Shown here piece by piece: positions 1-12,971 of a stretch of DNA of 64,000 nucleotides (position 1 is its first letter; the number at the start of each line of letters is the position of its first letter). This stretch comes from Hydrolagus affinis. Its lineage: Eukaryota. The notes beneath the pieces are model-generated. The model was not told the origin of the DNA. It searched no databases and worked only from the letters and a program-made list of their open reading frames with translations. The stretch covers positions 1 to 64,000 of the forward strand of contig JAAILG010000754.1 of the NCBI GenBank assembly GCA_012026655.1, given 5' to 3'. The position numbers and the translations under genes are program-made.

Positions 1-273
1 CCTTCAGTTTCTCCGCTCCCACCCTATGGAATTCTATCCCCCAATCCCTTCGTCTCGTTTCTTCCCTTTCTTCTTTCAAGGCCGGTTTGAAGACTTTCCT
101 CTTCGACCGTGCCTTTTGTTCCACCCCGAATTTTTCGACCTCCCCTTCGTGTTTCACCCCCGCCCAAACACCCCCCCCCCCAGCTCGGGTCACACACCCC
201 CTGTGCAGCGCCTTGGGACGTCCTCCCGACGTGAAAGGCGCTCTATAAATGTAATTTGTTGTTGTTGTTGTTG
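1..273 (+). mobile_element. L2-clade LINE 3' end (subfamily A), truncated by the window edge
   Basis: End of ORF2 (...APTLWNS...), a C-rich 3' UTR, the tail gcgccttgggacgtcctcccgacgtgaaaggcgctctataaatgtaatt, and a (TGT)n terminus. The same tail recurs many times in the window. Confidence 0.8.
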
Positions 274-410
274 GTCTCAGCTTCACTAGTTAACTATGAC
301 AACATATTCAAGGAGTCTTCTGTGTAAAGATTATTCTAATCTATCTCATCATCTTCAACTCTTAATTCTTCAATGCTAGATTATGCCCGGAGTAACAAAT
401 TTGCCAATCA
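273..410 (-). mobile_element. Diverged CR1-like 3' ORF2 fragment (similar copy at about 2866-3037)
   Basis: The minus strand resembles the CR1 C-terminal T-R-G-H...IR..FTQ coding segment. It shares tcttctgtgtaaagattattctaatct with the second copy. Confidence 0.45.
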
Positions 411-2129
411 GTGGAAATAATCGTTCATTATTCACGCTCTTAAACATTTCAGAATTTTGAAAACTTGCAATAGATCCCCTGTAACCTTCCCTACACCACT
501 GAAAACAGCTGCATCATTTCAGGCTGAACTTCACACATGTAACCACATGGCCTATGGTATCTTTGTGAGGCTACACTGTACCTCTTACTGTGTCCTTTCT
601 ACGGTGGGGCAAATAGAGCTCTGTGCAATACACTAAATAAATAATTTTGCCAACACCCCAAACTGTTTTTTTTACAACACGCTTAAGACTAAAAATAATT
701 AAAGTGAACAGACATTTTCCTTCTTCTGTTGTCTGTTTTCAATTGCCTGAACTTCAGCTTTTTCATGTCTTTCATTTTGGAAATGATTGCATTTCGACTG
801 AATTTTTCAATCTCTTGCGCATTTTTCGGTCCAGTTCACATCAAAGAGCCATTGCAAAGTGCTCGCGCTGAAATCTTCAGCAGAACTGTTTTGTTGAATC
901 CCCGGGAGAAGCACACAGTTGAAGTATCTGAGAAAAAAAAAGCGCATTGTTTTTAAATGCAGTGAGATTGTATATATACGCACAATGCATTTAGTAAAAA
1001 AAAATTGTTAGTGTATGAAAACTAAAAGGGAGCCCATCAGAAAAGCAGGGATGATGAATATATAGCTTCAGACAAACTTTGTCCATGGAAATTGACCACT
1101 TAGTATTTGCAATGAATATTCATGGAAACTTTAAGCATCAGATTCACAAAGAAAAACATTAGCTGACTAAAGAATAACCCAGAGAGTGACATGAGAATTA
1201 ATAATTTACAAATGCCTGTAGCACATGTAAGGTATAAGCTGTTTTCTGTCTTGAAGTTGAGCTGCTCCATCTTGTTTAATAGGAGTGGGTGTGGCACTCA
1301 CATCGAGAGCTGTGGGTGAGCAAATTGGACACAGATATCCTATCTGATATTTGTGCAGATCCAAAGTCTTACGTCTTATGCAAATTTCATTAGGACTTCA
1401 CACTGATTGTCTATCATCCTTCCCCTGGTGTCTTGACCTACAAATACCCAAATAAATTTGGTCACTCACCTCAAGTCTGTGTGTGAATTGGTTGCTGTGT
1501 TTGCCGATAAATACGCAGTCATATTTTATCATGTCGAACGATCTGATAGATGCTATATCAAATGCGAGGATTATCAAAGACCCTCTGAAAATGCCAAAAT
1601 GTCTTGACTCAGAATGATACTAGACAAAAGATGTTAAAGGGGCTGGAAAAGATAATATTGGTGCATGAGAAATAATATTATGGGATGGGAAATTCTGATA
1701 ACAACAACTTGCATTTATATAGCAGCTTTCATACAGGCTAGAGTGGTGTTCAATGTGTTGCATCTTATCTGTTAGGAAACATTACAATTTCTGATCGATA
1801 ACAAGACAGATCTAGGATGTAAAGCTTCAGTGCAATGGGTCAGGGCTGGAGGTGGTTTGAAGTTTTCTGCACTGCCATTGAACTCAGCAATCACATTTTT
1901 GTCTCACTTCACAGGATACCAACTTAATTCTATCAGAGTGAGCAGTTTGTACCCAACACATTTATACTGTGCTTGGTTTCATTAGTTGTAACTGTTGTAG
2001 ATGGAGTTACATTCTTGAATTGTATTATAGATTTTTTTTAAACAAGCCTGTGTCAAAAATGCAACATGATTGCTTTGAAACAGCTGCATATTGATCATAT
2101 ATACATAATGCCCAAGCATATTAATCACA

Positions 2130-2840
2130 TCTAGGCTCAACTATGCCAACTCTCTCTGCATATCCTCGTCCTCATCCTCACTTTCAAGGTCATTCACGGC
2201 CTTGCCCTCCCCTACCTCTCTGACCTGCTGTCCCCCTATGAACTTCCCCGTCCCCTCTGTTCAGGGGGCTCCGGCCTGGTCCATGTCCCCCACCCAACCC
2301 ACCTTACCATCGGTGGATGGGCTTTCAGCCTCTCTGCCCCCATACTCTGGAACTCCATCCCACTGTCCGAGTCAAAGGGGGGGGGAGAGTAACCATAAGC
2401 GCGGCCAAAGAGAAAGATCTTTAGGCGCAACCTGAAGATGGGAAAGGAGAGGTTGAGGTGAAGGTATTGAGGGACAGAGTTCCAAAGTTTCAGGGTGTAG
2501 TGGCTGAAAGCACAGCTGCCAAAGGTGGAGAAGAGGATTCGGGGGACACGGAGGAGGCAAGCATTTACCTGTGACTGTGTTGCCTCTCTCTGGAGTTTTA
2601 GTGGGCTTCATTGAGTCCTTGGTGTGGCAAATTACATTACATTTGTAGAAGGGTTAGACATCATGGACCAAAAGGATTTTTCTAACTTCATCCACTATCC
2701 TATCTCTCTCTACCCTCCGCATCCCAACCCTGCATCTCCGCCCCTCCAGGCTCAGGTCCTGACCCCTTTGTAGAGTGCCTTGATGCCTTGAGACATCCTC
2801 CTGACATGAAAGGCACTCTAAAATGAAATTTTGTTGTTGT
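2130..2840. mobile_element. Cluster of L2 fragments (+ about 2130-2365, - about 2396-2560, + tail about 2690-2840)
   Basis: L2 ORF2 end-like sequence (ctcactttcaaggtcattcacggccttgccctcccctacctctctgacctg) and an L2 tail ending in ttgttgttg. Confidence 0.65.
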
Positions 2841-3107
2841 TTGTATATTACTATTCACATGTTATGGTCCCAGCTTCAATGACTACTTATGACAAAGTAG
2901 CTTCAATGGCTAATTATGACAAAAATAGTCAAGCAATCTTCTGTGTAAAGATTATTCTAATCTTCCCTCTCCTCCTCTTCAACTCTGAATTCTTCAATGC
3001 TAAATGTGTACCAAAGTAACAAATTTTTCCAACCAGCCTGATTCGTGACCTCAGTCTTCTCTCAAGGTTTATCCTCTCTCTAAAAAGGCCTCTTCAAATT
3101 ATTCATA

Positions 3108-3340
3108 CAAGCCTTGCTTCGGTGAACATCCCTGGTAACTTATTCCATAATTCTATTAACCTTTGAGTAAAAAATAATTCTGCCTGATTTCTCTCCTTTT
3201 TCATAACATCCCGATTTGTAGGTTCTGTCCCCTGGTAGTCAAACCTTCATCTGTACAATTTACTGACATCAACTTTTCATGTTCTTGAAAACTTTCTGAG
3301 TTTATTCTAAAGTTGCTTTTCCAAAGAGAATGAACCCAGC
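3108..3340 (-). mobile_element. CR1 LINE 3' ORF2 fragment, diverged
   Basis: tccctggtaacttattccataattctattaacctttgagtaaaaaa is the reverse complement of an FFTQRxxxxWNKLP-like coding motif. Confidence 0.6.
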
Positions 3341-3676
3341 CTGCAACCTGCCCAGTGCTTTTCAGACTCCACAGACTCCTCCATTTCTGAATGGATCAAT
3401 GTTGCCCTTGCATATCAATCCCGTACAGGCCCTGCCACCAACCCCCTCCGCTCAGCTAAGTCAGGCTAGCTGCACATCCCTACATCACCATCAGTGGCCC
3501 AAACCTTCAGCTCCACCTCAACCTCTGAGACTCTCCTGTCTCAATCCTATTGTAATTCGCATGCTAGCTTCATTCAACAGATTGGGTTATTTGTTTGAAT
3601 GGACAACCGATCTGTACTTCACTGTGTAAATGCAGGTCATATTCCTTCCGTGTGCCTGGAACTTGAGTATAAAACA

Positions 3677-3860
3677 ATAATAAATTGGTCACTTCAATTC
3701 ATGACTGTTTGTGGGACGCTGCTGAGCGCAATCGGCTGCTGCTTTGCGCCCACAAATATACAGTCAATTCACTTTACAGTCTATTCCGTGAAGTGCTTTG
3801 AAATGTCTAGAAGACGTGAAAAGTGCTATAGCAAGGATTATTATCATTATTATTATTATT
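3677..3860 (+). mobile_element. DeuSINE 3' half
   Basis: tgtttgtgggacgctgctgagcgcaatcggctgc core, SINE tail and (TTA)n end. Confidence 0.8.
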
Positions 3861-5465
3861 TTCTATGCAAAAGACCAGAAGACTTGAAAGCCCTGCCTGC
3901 ACGGTGCTTCCAAAGGGGATCAGCACAAACTCCCGATAAAATACATTTGAATGCTTTGCCTTCCACCTCACTGGTCACAACATAGCTTTTCACATTCACA
4001 TTTGCACAACTTCCCACATCCTCACTGAGCGGATGATTGATTATATCTCAGTTCCGATTCCCACAGCAAGACCCTTATGAAGAATGCATTGTCTGTATAG
4101 AAGCGCTCTATCACTCTGGAGTACTGATTTTTCTGCAGAGGCTCTCATAGGATGTCTAGGTACAGTAAATTCATCATCTTACAAAGCCTTCTCTGATCTA
4201 CGCCTTGGTTCAGCTCTTCATCCCAGTGGAGCCATTTTAAAGCATATGGTAGGAGGATGTTTACAAAGACAAAAAGAATCTATGATCCCATTTGTCACTC
4301 CTACCACTTTATTAATCTCAGCATTCATAGTGACTGAATGACTTCCAGTAAAACAACTCCGGTTTCATTGTGTGAGACCGGGTGTTGAAGTTGGAGAATT
4401 GGTTTCGATCACAAGGAAAGAATGACAAAAATAATATTATAGTAATCCTTACATTTGATATAGAGGCTTATCACAGCAGCCAATTGCGCACAACAGTGTC
4501 CCACAAATAGTCATGGATTGGTAGTACTGTATATTTGATTCTTTATCACATTTATGAAAAGCAATGCTGGTGAAGCATAAAAGTCAGATTTTAAAATCAT
4601 CGTCAATTGACATTACAACACTGTCTCAAAGGACATGGGGGTCTAATTTGCGGGTTGGGTAAGCAAGATGTGCAAAACATGTAGCCATTGGATACACCAC
4701 ATGAAACGCTTGCATAGAGAGTGAATTACAGATGCACTCTATTGTGCAATGGGCCATTGAAAGGGATTTCAGGTGAGTCTATAATCCATTTGTATTGGTG
4801 ATTGTGGATTGAGTGATCAAATTTTTTTTTATTATTTAAGAAGCTTGGGACTTGTTCAGTGTCAACTTTCAAAAAAAGGAGGGATAGTATTTGCCTTCTA
4901 CAAATCTAAACCGGGGGCAAAAATAACTCTCTGTATCGATCAGACAAGATTGATGCGGTCCTGTGGATTCCTTATGTTTGTGGTTAGGTCATCCCAATTA
5001 TGAAACAATTCTTGCTTTGCAGCACTAGCTGCTGTTTCAAAAGAAACTCGTAAACCTCGGCCATATCTCCTTTTTTATTATTAAAAGGCTTGGATATGTT
5101 CCAGTTGATTATCTGAGAACTTGTAAGGGTCTTTTAGTGGAAGATTGAGCAGAGCTTGATTCGCGTACAACCACTGTGTAAACTATTTTCCTAAGAACTC
5201 GGGGTGACGGTTTTGTGAAATCCGGAGAAGCACGGATCACGGTTTGAAAAGAGCGTTACATTTCACATCGTGCTAGCTTGCGGCATTATAAATGTATTGT
5301 CCTTCTAAAATGAGTTGATCAACTTGCTGATCAAGAAGTGAATCAAATTACACGCACAAAGCAACAACAGAAAAATTCCATTCAGAAACCACTTGGAAAT
5401 CATAATACAGCTTATTAATGAGGTTTATTAATATCGTTCTCCTGATCCCTTGGTATTGTTGAGAA

Positions 5466-5735
5466 GACTTGTAGCATAATCTTGTAGCATACTGATTAGC
5501 ACGCTCGCCTCACAAGCTAGAGGACCCAGGTTTAGTTTCTGGGTGCGGAGAAATCTTATGCAAGTTTCTTTGCTCCACACACCTGTTTTCCTGGTAATAA
5601 GTAGGAAGCCAGTCATTAGTCGATTGATAGAGTGCTTTCCAGGGAAATAATATAAACTGTGAAGTGCTTTGAGATGTCTTATCAATGTGATAAAGTCTAG
5701 CTTATCAAGCTAGATCAAATGCAAGGATTATTATT
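5466..5735 (+). mobile_element. Older long-form tRNA-derived SINE, diverged
   Basis: Degenerate tRNA head (tgattagcacgctcgcctcacaagctagaggacccagg), an extra internal segment, and a caaatgcaaggattatt tail. Confidence 0.6.
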
Positions 5736-5999
5736 TTGGTGTAAATCAAAGCAAATGTTCAAACAAAGTAACTTTTTTGCTGTTATAAAGTTACCCTGTT
5801 TTTCTACCATAAATATCTCATCAGATCAAATGCATTGTGTGTCCTGGAGAATGAGCAGCCTAGCCACTGTGTTTTCTATCAGTGCTGGACTTCTGCCAGC
5901 TGCGAACAGATGTGTGACTAATGTTTGCATTTATTTCTCCCCTGCAGAGACATACGTGATATCTATTTCATACCTAATCACAAACGGTGAAACTCTGGT

Positions 6000-6290
6000 A
6001 ATAACAATAATCCTCGCATTTTCAATATAGCTCCTTACTTTCCACGTCTTCGAGACATCTCAAAGCACTTTGCAAAATATACTGCAGAGTGAATTGACTG
6101 TTTTGACTATTTTGGGGGCCAAATGCGGCAGCCAATTTCCCACAACAGTGTCCCACAAACAGTCATGGATTGAGCGACCAAATCATTATTATTATTTTTT
6201 AATTATTTGGGTTTTATGCAGAGGATTATTACCCCAGGAAAAGCAACCCATCAAACTAGGTTGCTAGTTACTGCTAGAACAACATAGGCA
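6000..6290 (-). mobile_element. DeuSINE, long form, 5' truncated
   Basis: Reverse-complement tail, the Deu core (gcagccaatt...gtgtcccacaaacagtc), and the attaccccaggaaaagc segment. Confidence 0.7.
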
Positions 6291-7016
6291 CTAAAGGGAT
6301 GTCTGCATTCAAAAATACCAATTGAAATCATTTTTAAATTGAGTTAAGCTCAGTTCAAGTCATCTAAATTTATTTTGTGATTGATGTTCAATATAAAGAT
6401 TTTAATAGATATTGCGTTTATCCTGAGTTACCTCATCTCAACTGAGATTGCAATAGTGCGGAGAATGATATTTGTTCTATTAATACTCTGAACTCAGCAC
6501 AAAGAAAAAAATAGTAAATGGTATATGGTTTGGGACATGGCATGTTTATGCAATTCTGGGATGGTGGAAGTCAAACTGGATAGACCTTGGTCTCTTTCGC
6601 CTAGCAATGCTTATGTTATTACATTATGTTCATGTATTCGTATATTTTGGTCCAAAAATGTGATATTTGAAAACAATGGTTTTGGCATTAATTCCATTTT
6701 CCAAAGATTGGATTGCAAGTGACCAAAACCCCCTACCAAAAGGTCGTCAAGTAAAATGTCAATGGGAACCATTTTCCTGAAAGGCCTTTGTTCAAAGTTG
6801 GGGTTTGTGAATCTTGCAACACCGGTTGTTGTCAATCACAGTTCAATATCACATTTCAGAAGCATTTTGACTGTTGAGTGAGAAGAGGAACGGGCTAAGT
6901 TGTGATGCCCCAATAGTCACTCATTACTTAGACTCACACTTGAAGAACAGTGACTTGAGTGATCTAATGGAAGGTGTCCAGTGCCTATGGTTAGCGCTGT
7001 TGAGTGATAGTTTACG

Positions 7017-7037
7017 AGAGAGAGAGAGAGAGAGAGA
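7017..7037. repeat. (AG)n microsatellite
   Basis: Direct reading of the sequence. Confidence 0.9.
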
Positions 7038-8499
7038 GGATAGAATAAAAATTAAAATAAGCCATATGTGTTTTTGACAAACCCAATGCAGCTACTGTGA
7101 AGTGCTCCATCTAGTGTCTATTTTGGAAACGGGTCAACTCAACCACTGGGTGAAGCGGGTTTGCACGTCAACCAAATGTAATTCCATGTTTGGACTCCTA
7201 TGTGAACCGCGGTTTGAAAGAAAAACATATTTAGTAGTGGTGATCGGTTTCAGCAGCTTTTCACAGTGTTTAGTAAAGCAGGATATTGTGATCATTCCGG
7301 AAGCGATTTGAGGACGACAAGATTGTCCCGGTAGACCGAGGAAAGGTTGTGTAACTTTGATTGAAATATCACATAGTGTTTCGATCATAAAATGTAGTGT
7401 AATGTACACTACAGTTTATGATCTGTCTCTGGGACCAAGGCCATCTGTTTGAAGGCTTCTCCCTTGAAGGCCTTCGAACCGCTTAACATGATTTCATGCC
7501 CTAATCTTTTAATATGTTCTGTTTATATTCCCAATCTGTAAAAAATCTTTTTTAATTAAGAGAGCAAATAGTATAAATGAAACTTCCAGCTGGTGGATGT
7601 CTTGGGTTCAGGAACGATTGTTTACACAGTATATCCAGGGCTTGGAATGCACCTTGATTGGTTTGCACAGTGGCAAGTGTCTGGTGCTCAAATGGTGTAG
7701 CCATTGCTCAGTGGGTAAGGATATGTGCCCGAACTGTAGGCAGGCAGATTGGTGGCAATGCTCTCACTCGTTTCATGCTGAGCTGTGCTATTCACCAGGA
7801 ATCTTGCAGGGAGTTCCTGGTACCTGGACAATGCGGCAGTTGGCTGCCGCTTTTCGTCCACAAAACGTTACAGTCAATTCACTTTACAGTGTATCCTGTG
7901 AAGCGCTTTGAGACGTCTCAAATCTACGATAAGGCCTTTAAATTCATTGCAAGGATTATTATTATTGTTATGATTATTACCTGCCGTCTAACTAGCGAAG
8001 GTTCAAACAGGTGTGCTTATTGTGGTCAAATGATCACGTGTGACTATCTTTGGGCGCCTAGAAGGGGTGGTAAGTAAGCTCGTTAACTTTCCAGCTGATC
8101 TGGCCCCACCTGCATGGCAACAGAATGTTAGAATCAAGCCAGCCCTCTGTGTTGTTCTCAGCAGACAGGTCTCTTCAGTGCCTTGGGACACCCGCCCGCT
8201 ATGTCTATGTAAATCTAATTTTTTTGTTGTTGGTGGTGGTGGTAATAATAATATTCCTTGTATTTGACATAGCGCTTTTCACGTCTTCTAGAAATCCCAA
8301 AGCGTTTCACAGAATATACTGGCCAGACTCCCAACATGAGTTGCACCACAGGAATCCTACTAAATTTATGTTTTTATGTGGCAATTTGGCACAAATGTGC
8401 AGAAAAAGTGTGTTTTAGAAACACTAATGTGCCTTGTTCCTCAGGGCTCTGTAGTTGGTCCCTCCCCTCTTTAATATGTACATGCTCCCTCTTGTTGAC

Positions 8500-8762
8500 A
8501 TTATCCACAGATGTGTAGTCCCTTTGGCTTATCCCTCCGTTTGCCTCCATCAAGGCATGTCTTAAAGACACTCCTTTTCGACCACGCCTACAGCCACCCT
8601 CCTAATCCAATCCACCCCCACCTTCCCCGTTCTCCATCACACCTGATCTCAACCCCCTGGATCTCAACCCCCTGTTTGGGTCCAAATCCCTGGTTGTCTA
8701 GCACCTTCAGACGTCCTCCCGATGTGAAACATGCTAAACAAATGTCATTTGTTGTTGTTGTT
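8500..8762 (+). mobile_element. L2 3' fragment
   Basis: cttaaagacactccttttcgaccacgcc, C-rich UTR, L2 tail and (TTG)n. Confidence 0.7.
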
Positions 8763-9919
8763 TGGGGCGTATCTTATAGTGATGAGGAACTGGCTCATGA
8801 CACCTTTCAATCAGTCCAAGATATTTTACAATATAAGAAGAACCAGACAACCTAATAAAGCATGAGCTGCAGCTATGTGTAATAATTAGTTCAGTCTTTA
8901 GATTTTATATTCCTCCATAAAACACTCTGGAATACTTCTTTATGGAAAGCATTATATGTATGCCAGATAGTGGCATATCTATTGAGCTGCACTAGTCCAG
9001 CTGATTTTATTGAATGCAAATTTTTACTCTGATAAATCACTCTGAAATCAATGCCAAAGATTGTCATTATCACAATATTGTAAAACTGTACATTATCCTA
9101 CAGAAGGGCGCTATGTAAATGTGGATTTTAGTTATTCAGCGCTCTTGCAGAATGATAATATAAGAGTTCCATGTTTGCCTTATACAAGCACCTCTGCAAA
9201 AATCTGCATAGATTTCTTTTTACTGCTAATGGCCTGAAAATTTTGTATTAAAGAAGTTTAACTCCACACTTGTAGAAAAAAACTTTCATTTCTTTTGAAA
9301 TGTATTTTTTTCCATGTGGAGTAAGTGACCTAATGAATACTGGGCATGCATCATGTGCTTGTGCTCAGATTTGGCCTATTAACCAAAGCAACATTTGGTA
9401 CCTTAGCGATTTCATCAATGATAATAATAATGATGCTTACCTTTGATATATCATGTCATTGAGGCGTCTCAAAGCGCTTCACAGCAAATACTGTTAAAAT
9501 GGAATGACTATAAATTTGGAGGGGCAGAACTCAGCAGCCAATCGCACACAGCAGAGTCCCATAAACAGTCATGGATTGAACGACCAAATTATTATTATTT
9601 TGGAAGGATTATTAAACCCATTAGTCTTAATGCTTTTGCTAACCATCAGGATCATAAGGATTCAATAATCCTATGTGTTTACCACTCATTGTGCATTCAG
9701 TGGAAGAGTTTTGTATTACTCTAATTAGATGATACTGTATGGAGTATCTGAGTTCTGCTAAGACTTGAAAGTTAAAAATTGTAACTAGCATTCTTCAGGG
9801 AAATATCTCAACTGCACTCTTTTTCAAGTCACTTAATACGGTAAAAGCTTGGTTATCTAGCAACCAACCAACGGGCACGCTCAACCAACCGGTATCTCCC
9901 AATACAAGTAAAATTTGAG

Positions 9920-10050
9920 TTGGAGGGATTATTTTTAGGCATGTAGAGAAAGGAAGCTTGTCCACGGTTTCGCCCTGACCTGCCTGGATTTGAATACAGG
10001 TCTCATGCTTGTAAGGCGAGTACTCTAACCATTGAGCTACAGGACTTCTG
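9920..10050 (-). mobile_element. SINE tRNA-derived head
   Basis: Reverse complement of gtcctgtagctcaatggttagagtactcgccttacaagc...caggcagg. Confidence 0.75.
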
Positions 10051-11027
10051 ATGTTGGGCAAAATGGGGGGAACTTCGAACGCTTTTTGAATAGTACTGTG
10101 GAATCGGTTTAACATCAATCCAAAATACAGCACCTCCTTACATCCTTAGTACTGTGCCATTGTCAGTGTAGGCGATAAACGTTTGTTTTCACGTGAAACT
10201 TAAACCCACAACTGAGCTGAAGAGGAGCTGTCATTCCTCACTGAATGGGTCTTCCATCAAAACAATAACAATGTTTCCAACCGAAACCTGTATTCTTCAA
10301 GAAAGAAGTATCGCCTTTGAGATATAATCAAACAATGTCAGTTTTACTGAGCTGGTACTTTCTAAGCAAACCAAATAGCCAAAAAACATTTCTGCCCTTT
10401 ACCAACTCATCCATTGAAAGTGATGTTAAGAAAACCAAAGCTATTGCACATCTCAGTAATGATATGCAATAATAACATTGAGTTTGACATCCAAGACACT
10501 GCATATAACTCAGATAGTAGGAGAACATTCATAGCATCCTGTAATGTTACCATTGACTGATGATGATGGTGATGATGATGATGGATCGCACAAATGCTGT
10601 TCGTTCTTGCAGAGTAAATAGTTATCGAGGCAAGATGACAAGAAAATAACCCAAAACAATCATTTGAAAAATAGGTTTGGAATAATTACCCGAGAGAAGC
10701 AATATCCTTCCTGTAAATTTAATTTAGAAAGAGTCTACAGTTAGTATTGGTTTGAGCATTCACCATCGAGAGGTCTTGGGCAGGGCGAAACCTTAAGAAA
10801 GTTTTCTTGCTCCACATTCTGTGAAGTGCTTTGAGACGTCTCAAAGATATCATAAAGCGCTTGCTCGCTATATTACAATCATATATTATTATTATGAATA
10901 TGACTCAGAACTTTTAAGGAATTATTCATACATGTGAAATCAGCTCTATTTGGTGGTTTGTTTTAGTTAAGTCGCTCAGTTTTCCTTATGTAACTTTTTT
11001 GAGGTGACACAGAAACATAGAATAAAA

Positions 11028-11200
11028 ATAATAATCCTTGCATTTGATATACAGTAGTGCTTTTCATGTCTTCTAGACATCTCAAAATGCTTCACAGAAT
11101 ATACTGTAAAGTGAATTGACTGTATATTTGTGGGCGAAACATGGCAGCCAATTGCACACACCAGTCTTTCATAAACAGTCATGGAATGAAATGACCAATT
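11028..11200 (-). mobile_element. DeuSINE 3' half
   Basis: Matches the family tail and core in reverse. Confidence 0.8.
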
Positions 11201-11294
11201 TGTACTGAACTTTAGGAACAGAAATAAACAGGACCGTAAATGTTCCAAGACAATTGAGGACCATGCAGCCAGTCCCAAAATAAATTAACATACA

Positions 11295-11430
11295 CAGTAT
11301 CTATCATCCTATCCTACAATCAATTCTTCATCAAATAGCTGTCTAAATCCCTCGTCAATTTGCTGACACAATCTGCATCCATCGCCTCCCTGGGTAATTT
11401 ATTCCACATATTCATCACACTCTGTGTAAA
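11295..11430 (-). mobile_element. CR1 3' fragment
   Basis: Reverse frame FTQSVMNMWNKLPREAMDAD fits the CR1 ORF2 C-terminal motif. Confidence 0.7.
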
Positions 11431-12259
11431 CTAATTAAGTTTGAACTGTTTGCCCACCTTTCCCCTCCATATGTGCACGCCGCATATTCATGTACCTAAC
11501 AAGCTTCATGCTTCTGTCCTGCTTGACATTGCCTACTCTTACCGATGTTACTGAGAGTCTGCAGTTTGTAGAAGTTGTGCTTTCACTATAAACGATGGAT
11601 TAGTCTCATAATGAAGAGGAGTATGGATGGATGTGTGGGCGGGTGTGTGGGGCGGGTGGGTGAGGGAGGGTGGAATTATTTGCATAACCTGCCTCTAAAC
11701 TCACTGTAAAAATGGAGTAGAAAAAAAAGCAGAACAGATAAGTGGTGAGGCACATTGGGCTGAAATTATAGAGAGACTGTCTTCTCATATTTGGGGGTAT
11801 TATATATACAATCAATGATCATGATCTCCCATTGGGAAGAGAGAAAACTGAAATAGAGGAATTTTTTTTAAAAAAAGGATAGTGACATAACAAACCCTGG
11901 ACTGCGGGTTTGGGTAAGGTTGATTTCTGAGACATCAAGTTGCCTTCAGTAGCACTTCTTGTTTGCTGCAAAACAGGTGTGGTGTGGATTTCTTTTTGTT
12001 ACGCTATAGAAGGGAAATAAAACTCAACCAGCCAGTGAACCATAAAAGCAGGGGCCACCCTTTGATGTATAATCATCAAGTGTGGAGGATTCCACTGAAC
12101 ACAATTTTCATAAACGTGTCCTACACAAGTTAGATGGTGCCCAGAGATCTAGAAATATCATTTCAGTCACTATTGTGACTGAAACCCAGATATGAAGCTA
12201 ATGAGAAGAGCCATTTATAATTCCTTACAGTTTTACCTCATTCCGTCTTAACACTTTAC

Positions 12260-12502
12260 CAACCTGCCCACCCCACCATTGGCGGTCGTGCCTTCAGCCT
12301 TTCTGCCTTGACTCTCTAGAGCTCCAACCCAGAGTCCCTTTGCCTCACTCCTTCCCTCATCTCTTTGACCGCACCTTTGGTCATCTTCCAAACCCTGCCC
12401 CTCTTGAATCCAACCCCCAATTTAGCTAGAAATCCTCGCCTGCCCAATGCCTTGGGAAGTCCTCCTAACACTAAAGGCGCTTTATAAATCTAATGTGTTG
12501 TT
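12260..12502 (+). mobile_element. L2 3' fragment
   Basis: ccccaccattggcggtcgtgccttcagc (TIGGRAFS motif) followed by the L2 tail. Confidence 0.75.
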
Positions 12503-12971
12503 ATACACAGGATCCCTGCTCTCGGACGTACAGGTTATAAAGCAGACAATTCATTAACTGCAAAACACACCAACATACAAATAACTAATATCTTGTCATG
12601 TTGAGATCATTGTGTCATCGAATCTATAAAAGAGCATAATAGTGAAAAGTATATTATTTCAACTGTTGAATAGGCTGAATGAACAAGCATGACAGAAACT
12701 AGTCTGGACTTGTTTTTGGAAATGTCTGGTCAGAGTATACAGCCCTTCGTGAACTAAAGTAGATAATAATGATTAATAGTACTGTAATAATAATCCTTGC
12801 GTTTGATATACTGTCTTATCATGTTGTTGGATTGAAGAAGAAGTGCTTTGGATTGATTATATTTTGGGGGTAAAATGCTTTATTTTATATATTTTTTCAT
12901 GTTATGTCATTATATTAGATTATGTTGGAATCAGGAAATGCTTCAGTTTGCAAAATTCAATGTAAAGACTC

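Noticed and set aside
273-3037. Direct repeat of about 135 bp (273-410 and 2866-3037), considered as LTRs or a segmental duplication
   Set aside because: No TG...CA ends, primer-binding site or internal gag/pol. The minus strand resembles CR1 3' coding sequence, so two independent LINE fragments are more likely.
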